Positions 32,272 through 45,400 of a DNA stretch of 64,000 bases are shown piece by piece. How positions within the stretch are numbered: the stretch's first letter is position 1; each line of letters begins with the position of its first letter. A program made the position numbers and the translations under genes. The stretch covers positions 69-64,068 of the forward strand of contig DATKEZ010000116.1 of assembly GCA_035511775.1 (NCBI GenBank), written 5' to 3'. This DNA is from Steroidobacteraceae bacterium. GTDB taxonomy: Bacteria > Pseudomonadota > Gammaproteobacteria > Steroidobacterales > Steroidobacteraceae. The notes beneath the pieces are model-generated. The model was given only the letters and a program-made list of their open reading frames with translations. It was not told where the DNA came from and searched no databases.

Positions 32272-33708
32272 GTGCCACGCGCGGTGCGCCGCGGGACCGA
32301 GGGGTTTGGCCCGCGCTCACTCGGCCGCCGTCTGGCACAGCTGCTGCCCGGCTTCCCGGACGTCGCCGTGTGCGTGGCCTTCAGCGGCGGGGCGGACTCT
32401 ACCGCTCTGCTCGCCGCGCTGGCACAGCTCAAGCGCTCGCCGCTCAAGGTGCGCGCCCTGCACATCGATCACCGCCTGCACCCGCACTCGGTGCGTTGGG
32501 TAGCGCACTGCCGGCGGGTGGCGCGCGCCCTCGGCGTGCCGCTGCAGGTGCGCACCGCGAACCTCGCACGCCTGCGCGGCGAGTCGCTCGAAGCCGCCGC
32601 GCGTGCCGCGCGCTACCAGCTGCTCGCCGCGGCGCTCGCGCCGCAGGAGGCGCTCCTGACGGCGCACCACGAGGATGATCAGCTCGAGACCGTGCTGCTG
32701 CAGCTGCTGCGGGGCGCGGGTCTCGCCGGCATGGCCGCCATGCCTGCACGGGCGGCCTTTGCGCGTGGCGCCCTGGTGCGTCCGCTGCTGTCCTGGTCGC
32801 GCGCCGAGCTCACCGCCTGGGTGCGCTCGCAGGGGCTGGAGTGGATCGAGGACCCGAGTAATGCCGAGCTGCGTCACGATCGCAACTACCTGCGCACGCG
32901 GGTGCTGCCATTGATCCGGGAGCGTTGGCCCGCGGCCGCGGCCACCGTGGCGCGTGCGGCGCGCCATGCCGCGGAAGCGCAGCGGCTGCTCGAGGCCCTG
33001 GGTGGCGCCGATGCCGCGCGCGCGAGCTTCGGGCCCATGCTGTCGGCGAAACGGCTGCGCGCACTGCCGCCCGAACGCCGCCGCAACGCGCTGCGGTTCT
33101 GGATCACGGCCGCGGGGTACCGCGCGCCTCCCGCCAGCCGGCTCGAGGAGATTGCCGGTCCGCTGCTGCAGGCGCGTGCCGATGCGCAGCCCGTCGTGAC
33201 CTGGGAGGGCGCGCTGCTGCAGCGCCAGGCGGATCTACTGTCGCTGCGCGCGGCTGCCGGGGGCGCACCCGGCGCGTCGCCCGGCGCACTGCCCGGGAGC
33301 GCTCGCTCGCGGCGCGCCGCGGCGCAGCCGCCGGCCGCAAGAGCGCGCTTCGAGGAAGTCAGCTGGCCGTGGCGCCGGCGCAGGACCTGCGTGCTGCCCG
33401 CGCCGCTCGGACGGCTCACGCTGAAGCGCGATGCGCGCGGACCGCTGGATCTGGAGGCACTCCCCGCCGCGCTCATCATCCGCGCACGCCGGGGGGGCGA
33501 GCGCCTGCGCCCGCTGCGCGGCGGGCGGCGTCGCGCGCTCAAGAGCCTGCTGCAGGAAGCGCGCGTACCGGTGGCCGAGCGCGCGCGACTGCCGCTGATT
33601 TTCGCGGGCTCGACGCTGGTCGCGGTCGCTGGCCTGTGGCTCGATGAGTCGGTGCAGGCGAGCGCTGCGAGCCGGCGGCGCGCCCGCCTGATCTGGAGCA
33701 CGGCTTAG
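32272..33708 (+). CDS. tilS: tRNA(Ile)-lysidine synthase
   Basis: PP-loop VAFSGGADSTALL followed by HIDHRLHP. GTG 32272 lies just after the accA stop and is a tentative start. Confidence 0.85.
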   Translation: MPRAVRRGTEGFGPRSLGRRLAQLLPGFPDVAVCVAFSGGADSTALLAALAQLKRSPLKVRALHIDHRLHPHSVRWVAHCRRVARALGVPLQVRTANLARLRGESLEAAARAARYQLLAAALAPQEALLTAHHEDDQLETVLLQLLRGAGLAGMAAMPARAAFARGALVRPLLSWSRAELTAWVRSQGLEWIEDPSNAELRHDRNYLRTRVLPLIRERWPAAAATVARAARHAAEAQRLLEALGGADAARASFGPMLSAKRLRALPPERRRNALRFWITAAGYRAPPASRLEEIAGPLLQARADAQPVVTWEGALLQRQADLLSLRAAAGGAPGASPGALPGSARSRRAAAQPPAARARFEEVSWPWRRRRTCVLPAPLGRLTLKRDARGPLDLEALPAALIIRARRGGERLRPLRGGRRRALKSLLQEARVPVAERARLPLIFAGSTLVAVAGLWLDESVQASAASRRRARLIWSTA

Positions 33709-33749
33709 CTGTCGAACCTGCCCCACACTGGTGCGGGCAGATGTGCTAA

Positions 33750-35468
<1,719 letters not shown>

Positions 35469-35471
35469 GCC

Positions 35472-37611
<2,140 letters not shown>

Positions 37612-37675
37612 GGCACCCGGGGATGCTCGCCGGCAGGCTCGCTCGCGACCTTCGCTGTGATACGCTGTCGGGCCC

Positions 37676-37996
37676 ATGAAGTGGCTCGCCGCTGTGCTCG
37701 CTGTTGCCGTCATCCTGCTGCAATACCGGGTGTGGTTCTCCGAGGACGGGGTTCGCGAGGTCGAGCGCCTGAAGCGCGCGGTCGCGACGCAGCGGACGGA
37801 CAACGAGCAGCTCGCCGAACGCAATCGGCAACTCGCGGCCGAGGTGCGTGACCTCAAGACCGGCATGGATGCGCTCGAAGAGCGCGCCCGCAGCGATCTG
37901 GGCATGATCGCCCGCAACGAGACCTTCTACCAGGTGGTTCCCGCCCGCCCGGCCGACGCCGGCCACCCTCCGACCCGCACTGCAGCGGCTCGCTGA
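37676..37996 (+). CDS. ftsB: Cell division protein FtsB
   Basis: 106 aa with an N-terminal TM segment plus a coiled coil (..GVREVERLKRAVATQRTDNEQLAERNRQLAAEVRDLK..ARSDLGMI..). Canonical eno-ftsB-ispD order. Confidence 0.88.
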   Translation: MKWLAAVLAVAVILLQYRVWFSEDGVREVERLKRAVATQRTDNEQLAERNRQLAAEVRDLKTGMDALEERARSDLGMIARNETFYQVVPARPADAGHPPTRTAAAR

Positions 37997-38014
37997 ACTC
38001 CGGGGTCCCTGCCG

Positions 38015-38758
38015 ATGCGTTACTGGCTCGTCATGCCGGCCGCGGGCTCAGGCAGCCGCTTCGCCGCGGACGGACCGAAGCAATACGCGCCGCTCGCCGG
38101 ACGCACCGTGATCGAATGGGCGCTCACGCCGTTTCTCGCCGACGCACGCTGTGCGCATATCGTCGTGGCGCTGGCGCGGGAGGATAGCGGCTGGGAGCAG
38201 GTGGCCGCGCGGCTGAACACCAGGGGCACGAGCACCGTCACCGCTGTTCGCGGGGGCGCGCAGCGCAGCCAGTCGGTGCGCCTCGCGCTGGCAGGGCTCC
38301 AGGGGCGCGCGCAGCCCGATGACTGGGTGCTGGTGCATGATGCGGCCCGCCCGTGCCTCGATGCGCAGGACCTCGAGCGCCTTCTCGGGCAGCTCGGCAC
38401 GCACCCGGTGGGAGGGCTGCTCGCGATCCCTGCGACGGACACTCTGAAGCGCGCCCAGGGGGGCGAGGGCACGGGGGCCGGGGTTGCGCAGACGGTGGAC
38501 CGGTCCGGTCTGTGGCGCGCGCTCACCCCGCAGATGTTCCGCTACGCGCGCTTGTGCGCGGCGCTCGATCGGGCGCACGCAGCCGGGCGCTTCCCCAGCG
38601 ACGAGGCGCAGGCGCTCGAGTGGCTGGGCGAGCACCCGCTGCTCATCGAAGGGGCGGCGACGAATCTCAAGATCACCACCGGCGCGGACCTGGTGCTGGC
38701 CGCGGCGGTGCTGGCGGCGCGCCGCAGCCAGGCGCTCGGGGGCAGCTCATGCTCATGA
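38015..38758 (+). CDS. ispD: 2-C-methyl-D-erythritol 4-phosphate cytidylyltransferase
   Basis: Contains [11 protein letters not shown] and [10 protein letters not shown] motifs. Confidence 0.93.
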   Translation: MRYWLVMPAAGSGSRFAADGPKQYAPLAGRTVIEWALTPFLADARCAHIVVALAREDSGWEQVAARLNTRGTSTVTAVRGGAQRSQSVRLALAGLQGRAQPDDWVLVHDAARPCLDAQDLERLLGQLGTHPVGGLLAIPATDTLKRAQGGEGTGAGVAQTVDRSGLWRALTPQMFRYARLCAALDRAHAAGRFPSDEAQALEWLGEHPLLIEGAATNLKITTGADLVLAAAVLAARRSQALGGSSCS

Positions 38759-39228
38759 GAATCGGCTCAGGAATCGACGTGCACGCCTTCGGCCCCGGTG
38801 AGTTCATCATGCTCGGCGGGGTGCGCATCCCACACTCCCACGGTGTGGTGGCGCATTCGGACGGGGACGTAGTGCTGCACGCGCTGTGCGATGCGCTGCT
38901 GGGCGCAGCGGGCCTGGGCGACATCGGGCAGCACTTCAGCGATACCGACCCGCAGTGGAAGGGTGCCGACAGCCGCCGTTTCATCGTGAGCGTGCTCGCT
39001 CAGTTGCGCGCACGGCGCCTCGCCGTGGCTAACGTGGACCTCACGGTGCTCGCGCAGGCGCCGAAGATCGCCCCCTATCGGGACGCCATGCGACGCCAGA
39101 TCGCGCAGCTGCTGGAGATCGACGAGCAGCGCGTCAACATCAAGGCGACCACCACCGAAGGCCTGGGGTTCCTCGGCCGCGCGGAAGGCATTGCCGCACA
39201 GGCCGTGGTGCTGCTGAGCGGCGACTAG
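38755..39228 (+). CDS. ispF: 2-C-methyl-D-erythritol 2,4-cyclodiphosphate synthase
   Basis: [12 protein letters not shown]...[21 protein letters not shown] 38755 overlaps the ispD TGA (ATGA); an alternative ATG lies at 38749. Confidence 0.95.
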   Translation: MRIGSGIDVHAFGPGEFIMLGGVRIPHSHGVVAHSDGDVVLHALCDALLGAAGLGDIGQHFSDTDPQWKGADSRRFIVSVLAQLRARRLAVANVDLTVLAQAPKIAPYRDAMRRQIAQLLEIDEQRVNIKATTTEGLGFLGRAEGIAAQAVVLLSGD

Positions 39229-39246
39229 CGCACGGGAGCGGGTGAG

Positions 39247-40326
39247 ATGCAGGGGCGCGAACTCAACGTGCGCGAGGCCGCACTGGCGCCGCCGCGCGCC
39301 CACGATGCGCCGCGGCCCTCGGCCGTGCTGCGCGCCACGCCGGCGGACTTCGTGGTCGAGGAGGATCTCGGCTTCGCGCCCGCCGGCTCCGGTCAGCACC
39401 TGCTGCTGCGGGTGCGCAAGCACAACGCCAACACGCAATGGGTCGCGCGCGAGCTGGCGCGGATCGCAGGTTGCCGCCCCGGCGAGGTCGGGTACGCCGG
39501 GCTCAAGGATCGCCGCGCCATTGCCATCCAGTGGTTCTCCGTGCCGCGCCCGCGCGCGCCCATCGGCTGGCTGGCGGTGGGGAATGCGGAGTTCGAGGTG
39601 CTCGAGGCGCATCCGCACACGCGCAAGCTCCCGCGCGGCGCGCTGGCGGGCAATCGCTTCGTGGTGCGCCTGCTCGCCCCGCAGGGTGACGGCGCGCGGC
39701 TCGCCGCGGGCCTCGCCCTGCCGCTGGCACACATCGCGCGGTGCGGGGTGCCGAATTACTTCGGGCCGCAGCGCTTCGGTCGCGATGGCGCGAATCTGTC
39801 GCGCGCCGGTGCGGAGCTGCGCCGCCTCGCACCGCAGGAGCGGGGTTTCGTTCTCTCGGCCGCGCGCAGCGCCGTGTTCAACGCGGTGCTTGCCGCACGC
39901 GTGGCCGATGGCAGCTGGGAGCACCTCGAGGCCGGCGACCTCGCCAACCTAGACGGTCGCGGCAGCTTCTTCCCGGTGGACGGAGCCGATGACACGCTCG
40001 GCGAGCGCTCCCAGCGGCTGGAGATTCACCCGACCGGGCCGTTGTGGGGACAGGGCTCACCCGCGACGCTCGCGCGGGTGCTCGAGCTCGAGTTGCACCT
40101 CGCCGCCGCGCTGGCGCAGCACAGTGCACTGTGCGTGGCCGCCGGCATGACCCAGGAGCGGCGCAGCCTGCGGCTCGCGGTGCGCGAGCTTAGCAGCGAG
40201 CCCGAAGCGCAGGCGGTGGTGCTCAAGTTTCGACTGGTGCGCGGGGGCTTTGCGACCGCGGTGTTGCGCGAACTGATCGAGGCGCCGCCGGGCGCTCAGC
40301 CGCCGCCCGACACAGACTCACCCTAG
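39247..40326 (+). CDS. truD: tRNA pseudouridine(13) synthase TruD
   Basis: 359 aa with GYAGLKDRRA and VPNYFGPQRFG motifs. Confidence 0.92.
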   Translation: MQGRELNVREAALAPPRAHDAPRPSAVLRATPADFVVEEDLGFAPAGSGQHLLLRVRKHNANTQWVARELARIAGCRPGEVGYAGLKDRRAIAIQWFSVPRPRAPIGWLAVGNAEFEVLEAHPHTRKLPRGALAGNRFVVRLLAPQGDGARLAAGLALPLAHIARCGVPNYFGPQRFGRDGANLSRAGAELRRLAPQERGFVLSAARSAVFNAVLAARVADGSWEHLEAGDLANLDGRGSFFPVDGADDTLGERSQRLEIHPTGPLWGQGSPATLARVLELELHLAAALAQHSALCVAAGMTQERRSLRLAVRELSSEPEAQAVVLKFRLVRGGFATAVLRELIEAPPGAQPPPDTDSP

Positions 40327-40335
40327 ACAGCTCAC

Positions 40336-40884
40336 CTAAGACAACAGCACGTAGACGGCGCCGGTTCCGCCGTCCACCTGCCGTGCGGAAACGTAGGCGA
40401 GCACCGCACCGGTGCGACGCAGAACTGCATTGACGGCAGCCTTGAGCACCGGCCCGCGGTGACCGGAGCGCAAGCCCTTGCCGTGGATGATGCGCACGCA
40501 GCGCACCTCGTGCTCGAGCGCGTCGATGAGGAACTGCCGCAAGGCCTGCTTCGCCTCGGCGACCGTGAGGCCGTGCAGGTCGATCTCGCGCTGCACGCGA
40601 TACTCACCGCGCCGCAGCCGGCGCAACACCCCGAGCTGCACCTGCGGGCGACGAAAGATGAGCTCCTCACCGCCTGCCAGCGCCGGGTCGGCGCTGTCTG
40701 CGGCGAGGCTCTCCTGCAGCACGGCGGCGCGGTCGGCGCGCGTGAAGCGCGCGCGCGGCCGCACCTTCGGCGGTTGTGGTGCCGGCGCACGCGACCCGAG
40801 CGGCCGCACACCACGCACCGCCTCCCGGAACAGGCGTGCCTCGTCGGTTTCCTCGTCCGGATTGTCATTGCCTGGGGAAATCAC
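40336..40884 (-). CDS. smrB: Smr-domain endonuclease (SmrB/YfcN-like)
   Basis: C-terminal Smr domain (EIDLHGLTVAEAKQAL...VRIIHGKGLRSG). The N-terminal DEARLFREAV.G.RP and LRRGEY motifs parallel E. coli SmrB. GTG 40884 follows GGAG and gives 182 aa; the track start at 40944 would leave only 11 bp to surE. Confidence 0.65.
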   Translation of the reverse strand: MISPGNDNPDEETDEARLFREAVRGVRPLGSRAPAPQPPKVRPRARFTRADRAAVLQESLAADSADPALAGGEELIFRRPQVQLGVLRRLRRGEYRVQREIDLHGLTVAEAKQALRQFLIDALEHEVRCVRIIHGKGLRSGHRGPVLKAAVNAVLRRTGAVLAYVSARQVDGGTGAVYVLLS

Positions 40885-40955
40885 GCCCGCTCCGCCGCAA
40901 CGTCTTTCTTGAAGTATAGTCACGCGCACTCTCGGCGGCTCCATCCCCTTTCGCA

Positions 40956-41714
40956 GTGAAGATCCTGATCAGCAACGATGACGGCTTTCGTGCCGAGGGC
41001 ATCCGCCGCCTGCGCGAGGCGCTGGCGACGCTCGCCGAGGTGACCGTCGTCGCGCCTGACCGCAACAAGAGCGGCGCGAGCAACTCACTCACTCTGGATG
41101 TGCCGCTGCGCGTGTTCGAGTCCGAGCCGGGGGTGTACTTCGTGCCGGGCACGCCCACCGACTGCGTGCACCTGGCTATCTCCGGCCTGTTCGACTTCGA
41201 GCACGACATGGTGGTCTCGGGGGTGAACGACGGCGCGAATCTGGGCGACGACGTGCTGTACTCCGGCACGGTGGCGGCGGCGGTCGAGGGGCGCTTCCTC
41301 GGCCTGCCGACCATCGCGGTGTCACTGTGCACCGGCACGGCCGGGGGCGGCCACTTCACAACCGGCGCCGAGGTCGCGCGCCGGCTGGTGGCGCAGCTGC
41401 TGAAGAGGCCGCTGCAGTCCGCGCTCATCCTGAACGTCAACGTGCCCGACGTGCCGTTCGCACAGCTGCGAGGCTTTCGCGCCAGCCGGCTCGGCTATCG
41501 CCACCGCTCCGAGCCGGTCATGCGGGCGCAGGACCCGCGCGGTCGTGCGGTGTACTGGATCGGTCCCGCCGGCGCGGAGCAGGACGCGGGTCCGGGTACC
41601 GACTTCGACACCGTCGCCCAGGGATACGTGTCGGTGACGCCGCTGCAGGTCGACCTCACCCGTCACGCGGCGCTGTCCGCAGTGGGGAGCTGGCTGGAAG
41701 GCATCAATGACTGA
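40956..41714 (+). CDS. surE: 5'/3'-nucleotidase SurE
   Basis: (GTG)[22 protein letters not shown]... and [22 protein letters not shown]. Confidence 0.95.
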   Translation: MKILISNDDGFRAEGIRRLREALATLAEVTVVAPDRNKSGASNSLTLDVPLRVFESEPGVYFVPGTPTDCVHLAISGLFDFEHDMVVSGVNDGANLGDDVLYSGTVAAAVEGRFLGLPTIAVSLCTGTAGGGHFTTGAEVARRLVAQLLKRPLQSALILNVNVPDVPFAQLRGFRASRLGYRHRSEPVMRAQDPRGRAVYWIGPAGAEQDAGPGTDFDTVAQGYVSVTPLQVDLTRHAALSAVGSWLEGIND

Positions 41715-42369
41715 TCTGCGCCTGTCCGGGATCGGCATGACTTCCGCCCGCACCCGCGATCGGCTGGTGCAGCGTCTGCGCGAGCAGGGCATTGCGAATC
41801 TCGCGGTGCTCGATCGTATTCGCAATGTGCCGCGTCATATTTTCGTCGATGAAGCGCTCGGCAGCCGCGCCTACGAGGACACGGCGCTGCCGATCGGCTT
41901 CGGCCAGACAATCTCACAGCCCTACATCGTGGCGCGCATGACCGAGGCGCTGCTCGAGGCGGGCGCGGCCGACAGCATCCTGGAGGTGGGCACGGGGTGT
42001 GGTTACCAGACCGCGGTGCTCGCGCCGCTCGTGGCGCGCCTGTACACGATCGAGCGTATCGAACCGCTGCTGACGCGCGCGCGCGAGCGCCTCAAGGAGC
42101 TCGGGATCAGGAACGTGCGCTTTCGTCACGGCGACGGCACCCTCGGCTGGAAGGCGCACGCACCCTTCGATGGCATCCTGGTGGCGGCCGCGCCGCTCAC
42201 GGTGCCCGAGGCGCTCGTGAGGCAGCTGCGCGTCGGCGGGCGGCTCCTCGTGCCCCTGGGGCCTGAAGGCGAGCAGGAGCTGGTACGGATCACGCGCCGC
42301 GAGCAGGGTGTGCAGCGCGAGTCACTGGGAGCCGTGGCCTTCGTGCCGTTGCTGGGTGGCACAGCCTAG
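41707..42369 (+). CDS. pcm: Protein-L-isoaspartate O-methyltransferase
   Basis: Contains [12 protein letters not shown] and the SAM motif [16 protein letters not shown]. Overlaps surE by 8 nt. Confidence 0.95.
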   Translation: MTDLRLSGIGMTSARTRDRLVQRLREQGIANLAVLDRIRNVPRHIFVDEALGSRAYEDTALPIGFGQTISQPYIVARMTEALLEAGAADSILEVGTGCGYQTAVLAPLVARLYTIERIEPLLTRARERLKELGIRNVRFRHGDGTLGWKAHAPFDGILVAAAPLTVPEALVRQLRVGGRLLVPLGPEGEQELVRITRREQGVQRESLGAVAFVPLLGGTA

Positions 42370-42421
42370 CCGGCCCGCCAACCCGAGACAGTTACAGTCC
42401 CGTTCATAGCAGGGGGTGCAC

Positions 42422-45400
42422 ATGAGGCTACTGGCGGCTGTGGCTCTGGTTGTGGTCTCGGCCACTGCGGGCGCTCGTGGGACGGCGGAACAGCCCCTCG
42501 TTCCGCGCGCGCTCGAGGACTGGCAGGGGTGGGTGCTCAAGGGCAAGGAATTTCATCGCTGTCCCTTCCTCGCGGGCTCAAACATCGCCGACGCCAATTC
42601 CTATCGGTGTGTCTGGCCGGAGCGCCTGCTGCTCAGCGTCGACGCGCACGGCGGAACCTTCAGCCAGCGCTGGCAGGTCTACACCGAGAGCTGGGTCGCC
42701 TTGCCGGGCGATCTTGAGCGCTGGCCGCAGGCGGTATCGGTTGACGGCGCTCCCGCGGCGCTGGTCGCCCGGGGCGACGTGCCTTACGTGCGGCTGACGG
42801 CCGGCTCTCACGCGCTGAGTGGCAGATTCGTCTGGGACGCGCGGCCCGAGACCTTGACGATTCCCACCCAGACGGCGCTGCTCGATCTGCTCGTTGATGG
42901 GCAACGTGTGCTGCAGCCGGAGCGGCCGGCCGGCCGGCTCGCGCTCGGGCACCAGGGCGCGGCCGCCGAACCGCGCCGGCTCGATGTGCAGGTCTATCGG
43001 CTGATCGAGGATGACATTCCCCTGCGCCTGGTGACGCGCCTGCGGCTGCGCGCAGCCGGAGACGCGCGTGAGGAGCAACTTGCGCGGCTGCTCCCGGCCG
43101 GCTTCATTCCGGTGTCGCTCCAGGGCCCACTGCCCGCACGGCTCGAGTCCGACGGTCGACTGCGTGTCCAGTTACGTGCCGGTCGCTTTGAGCTCGTTCT
43201 CACCGCGCGGCAGGCTCAGCCCTCGGCGACGCTGTCCTCACCCGGGGAACCCGCTGCTGCGCGCGACGAAGTGTGGAGTTTTGCGGCCAACGATCGGCTG
43301 CGTGTCGCCGCGGTCGAGGGAGGTGCGGGGATCGATCCGGCGCAGGCGAATGTGCCGGAGGACTGGCGCGGGTACCCTGCATTTCGGATGGCACCGGGTT
43401 CGGAGCTCAGGATCGTCGAACGCAGCCGCGGCCTCTCCAACACGGACCAGAACCGGCTGCACTTGCGGCGTCGATTGTGGCTCGACTTCGATCACGACGG
43501 TTTCACCGCTGTCGACGAAGTGAGCGGCACACTGCGACGCGACTGGCGCCTCGGGATGCGAGAGCCCTACCGTCTCGCCAGCGCGCGCACCGGCACCGAG
43601 GCGTTGCTCGTGACGAGTTCTGCATCCCAGGCAGAGACGGGTGTCGAGTTGCGTAGCCCCTCCGTGCGGCTCAGCGTGGTGGCGCGCAGCGCGCACCCGT
43701 ATCGCGCCCTTCCCGCGACGGGCTGGACGAACAGCTTCGAGGGGGTATCAGGCGAGCTGTATCTGCCCCCCGGCCATCGTCTGCTTGCCGTCCTCGGGGC
43801 CGATGTATCCCCGACCGCCTGGCTCGACCGCTGGGGCTTGTGGAACCTCTTCGGCGTGCTGGTGATCGTGGTGTTCTCGTACTGGGTCGCGGGGCCTTCT
43901 ACCGCAACGATCGGCGGGCTCGGCCTCCTTCTGACCTACCAGGCTGCTCCGGAGTTGATCTGGGTCTGGGGCAATCTGCTCGCCGCTATCGCCTTGGCGC
44001 GCGCCGCCCCCGAGGGGCGACTCGCGCGGGTCGCGAGTGTTTACAGGACGGTGAGTTTCGCGGTACTTGCTCTCGCGCTTGTGCCGTTCACCTGGAGCGA
44101 GGTACGGCACGCGATCTATCCGCAGCTCGAGGTGAGCGGCTACGCCCGGCAGCGGGTGGCGGCTCCCATGCCGGCTGCTGCGCCACTCGAAAGCAGGGTT
44201 GTAGAGGAAATTACCTCGGCCGCCGCCCGAGCGGACATGAGCAGCCTCGTGGTGAGCGGCAGTCGAGCGACCTCGGCCGCGGAGCCGATACTCGCCCGCT
44301 ACGCCGCCGGAACGCTGGTACAGGCGGGGCCCGGGATACCCGCGTGGAACTACGGGACGCAGCCGTTCGGCTGGACGGGTCCGGTCGAGCCCGATCAATC
44401 GCTGCGCTTTGTCGTGCTCGGCCCGATCGGGGTGGCCCTGTGGCGCATCGCCGGTGTGGCAGCGCTGGCGTGGTTCTTCATCCGGCTGGCGCGCAACAGC
44501 TTCGGCACGCGTCTGCGACTACCCGGATTCCTGAGGCCGGGCGCCGCGATGGGCGCGCTGATGCTGGCGTGCGTCGCCGCGGTCCCTCACGGCGCGCGTG
44601 CCGAGTCCACGCCCGATCCAGCACTGCTCAACGAGCTGCGTGATCGTTTGACCCAGGCGCCGGAGTGCGCTCCGACGTGTGCCGAGATCATGCAGGCGCA
44701 AGTCCACGTCAGCGCAGATCGGGTCCAGATCGACTTGAAAGCGAGCGCGCTCGCCCCGCTGGCTGTGGCCGTACCCTCCGCAGGAGATCGCTGGCAGATC
44801 GATTCGGTGGCAGTCGACGGTGCCTCGAGTCTTGCGGTAGCACGAGAGCCCGACGAGGCGCTGTGGGTGCCGCTCAAGAGCGGGGTACGCACGATCCGCA
44901 TCGAGGGCCGCCTCGTGGGCGACAGCGTGCACCTGGCTTTTCCACTGGTGCCGCGCACGGTCTCGGTCGATGCAGCGGGCTGGGATGTGGCAGGCGTGCA
45001 CGCTGGACGGCTGGTGTCCGGTGCCCTGGATCTCACGCGCCAGCCGCGCACCGGATCGGTCGCGACGACCCCGAATCCGGCAGCCGGTGAGGCTTTCCCG
45101 GCGTTCGTGCGCGTCGTGCGAAATTTCCGGCTCGATCTTGACTGGTCGGTTGCGACGACCGTTCAGCGAGTCGCTCCGGAATCGGCGGCCTTCACGGTGG
45201 CCGTGCCGCTCGTTGCGGGAGAATCGGTGCTGAGCGAAGGTCTCGACGTCCGACGCGACGGTGTCGCGCTCGTAGGGCTGGCGCCCGGCCAGGCCGAGCT
45301 CGAGTGGACTTCGAGTCTCGCGCGCAGCGATCGGCTGGCGCTGCGGCTCACCGCGACGCCAGCCCGCGCCGAGGTCTGGCGGTTCGTTGTCAGCCCGCAG

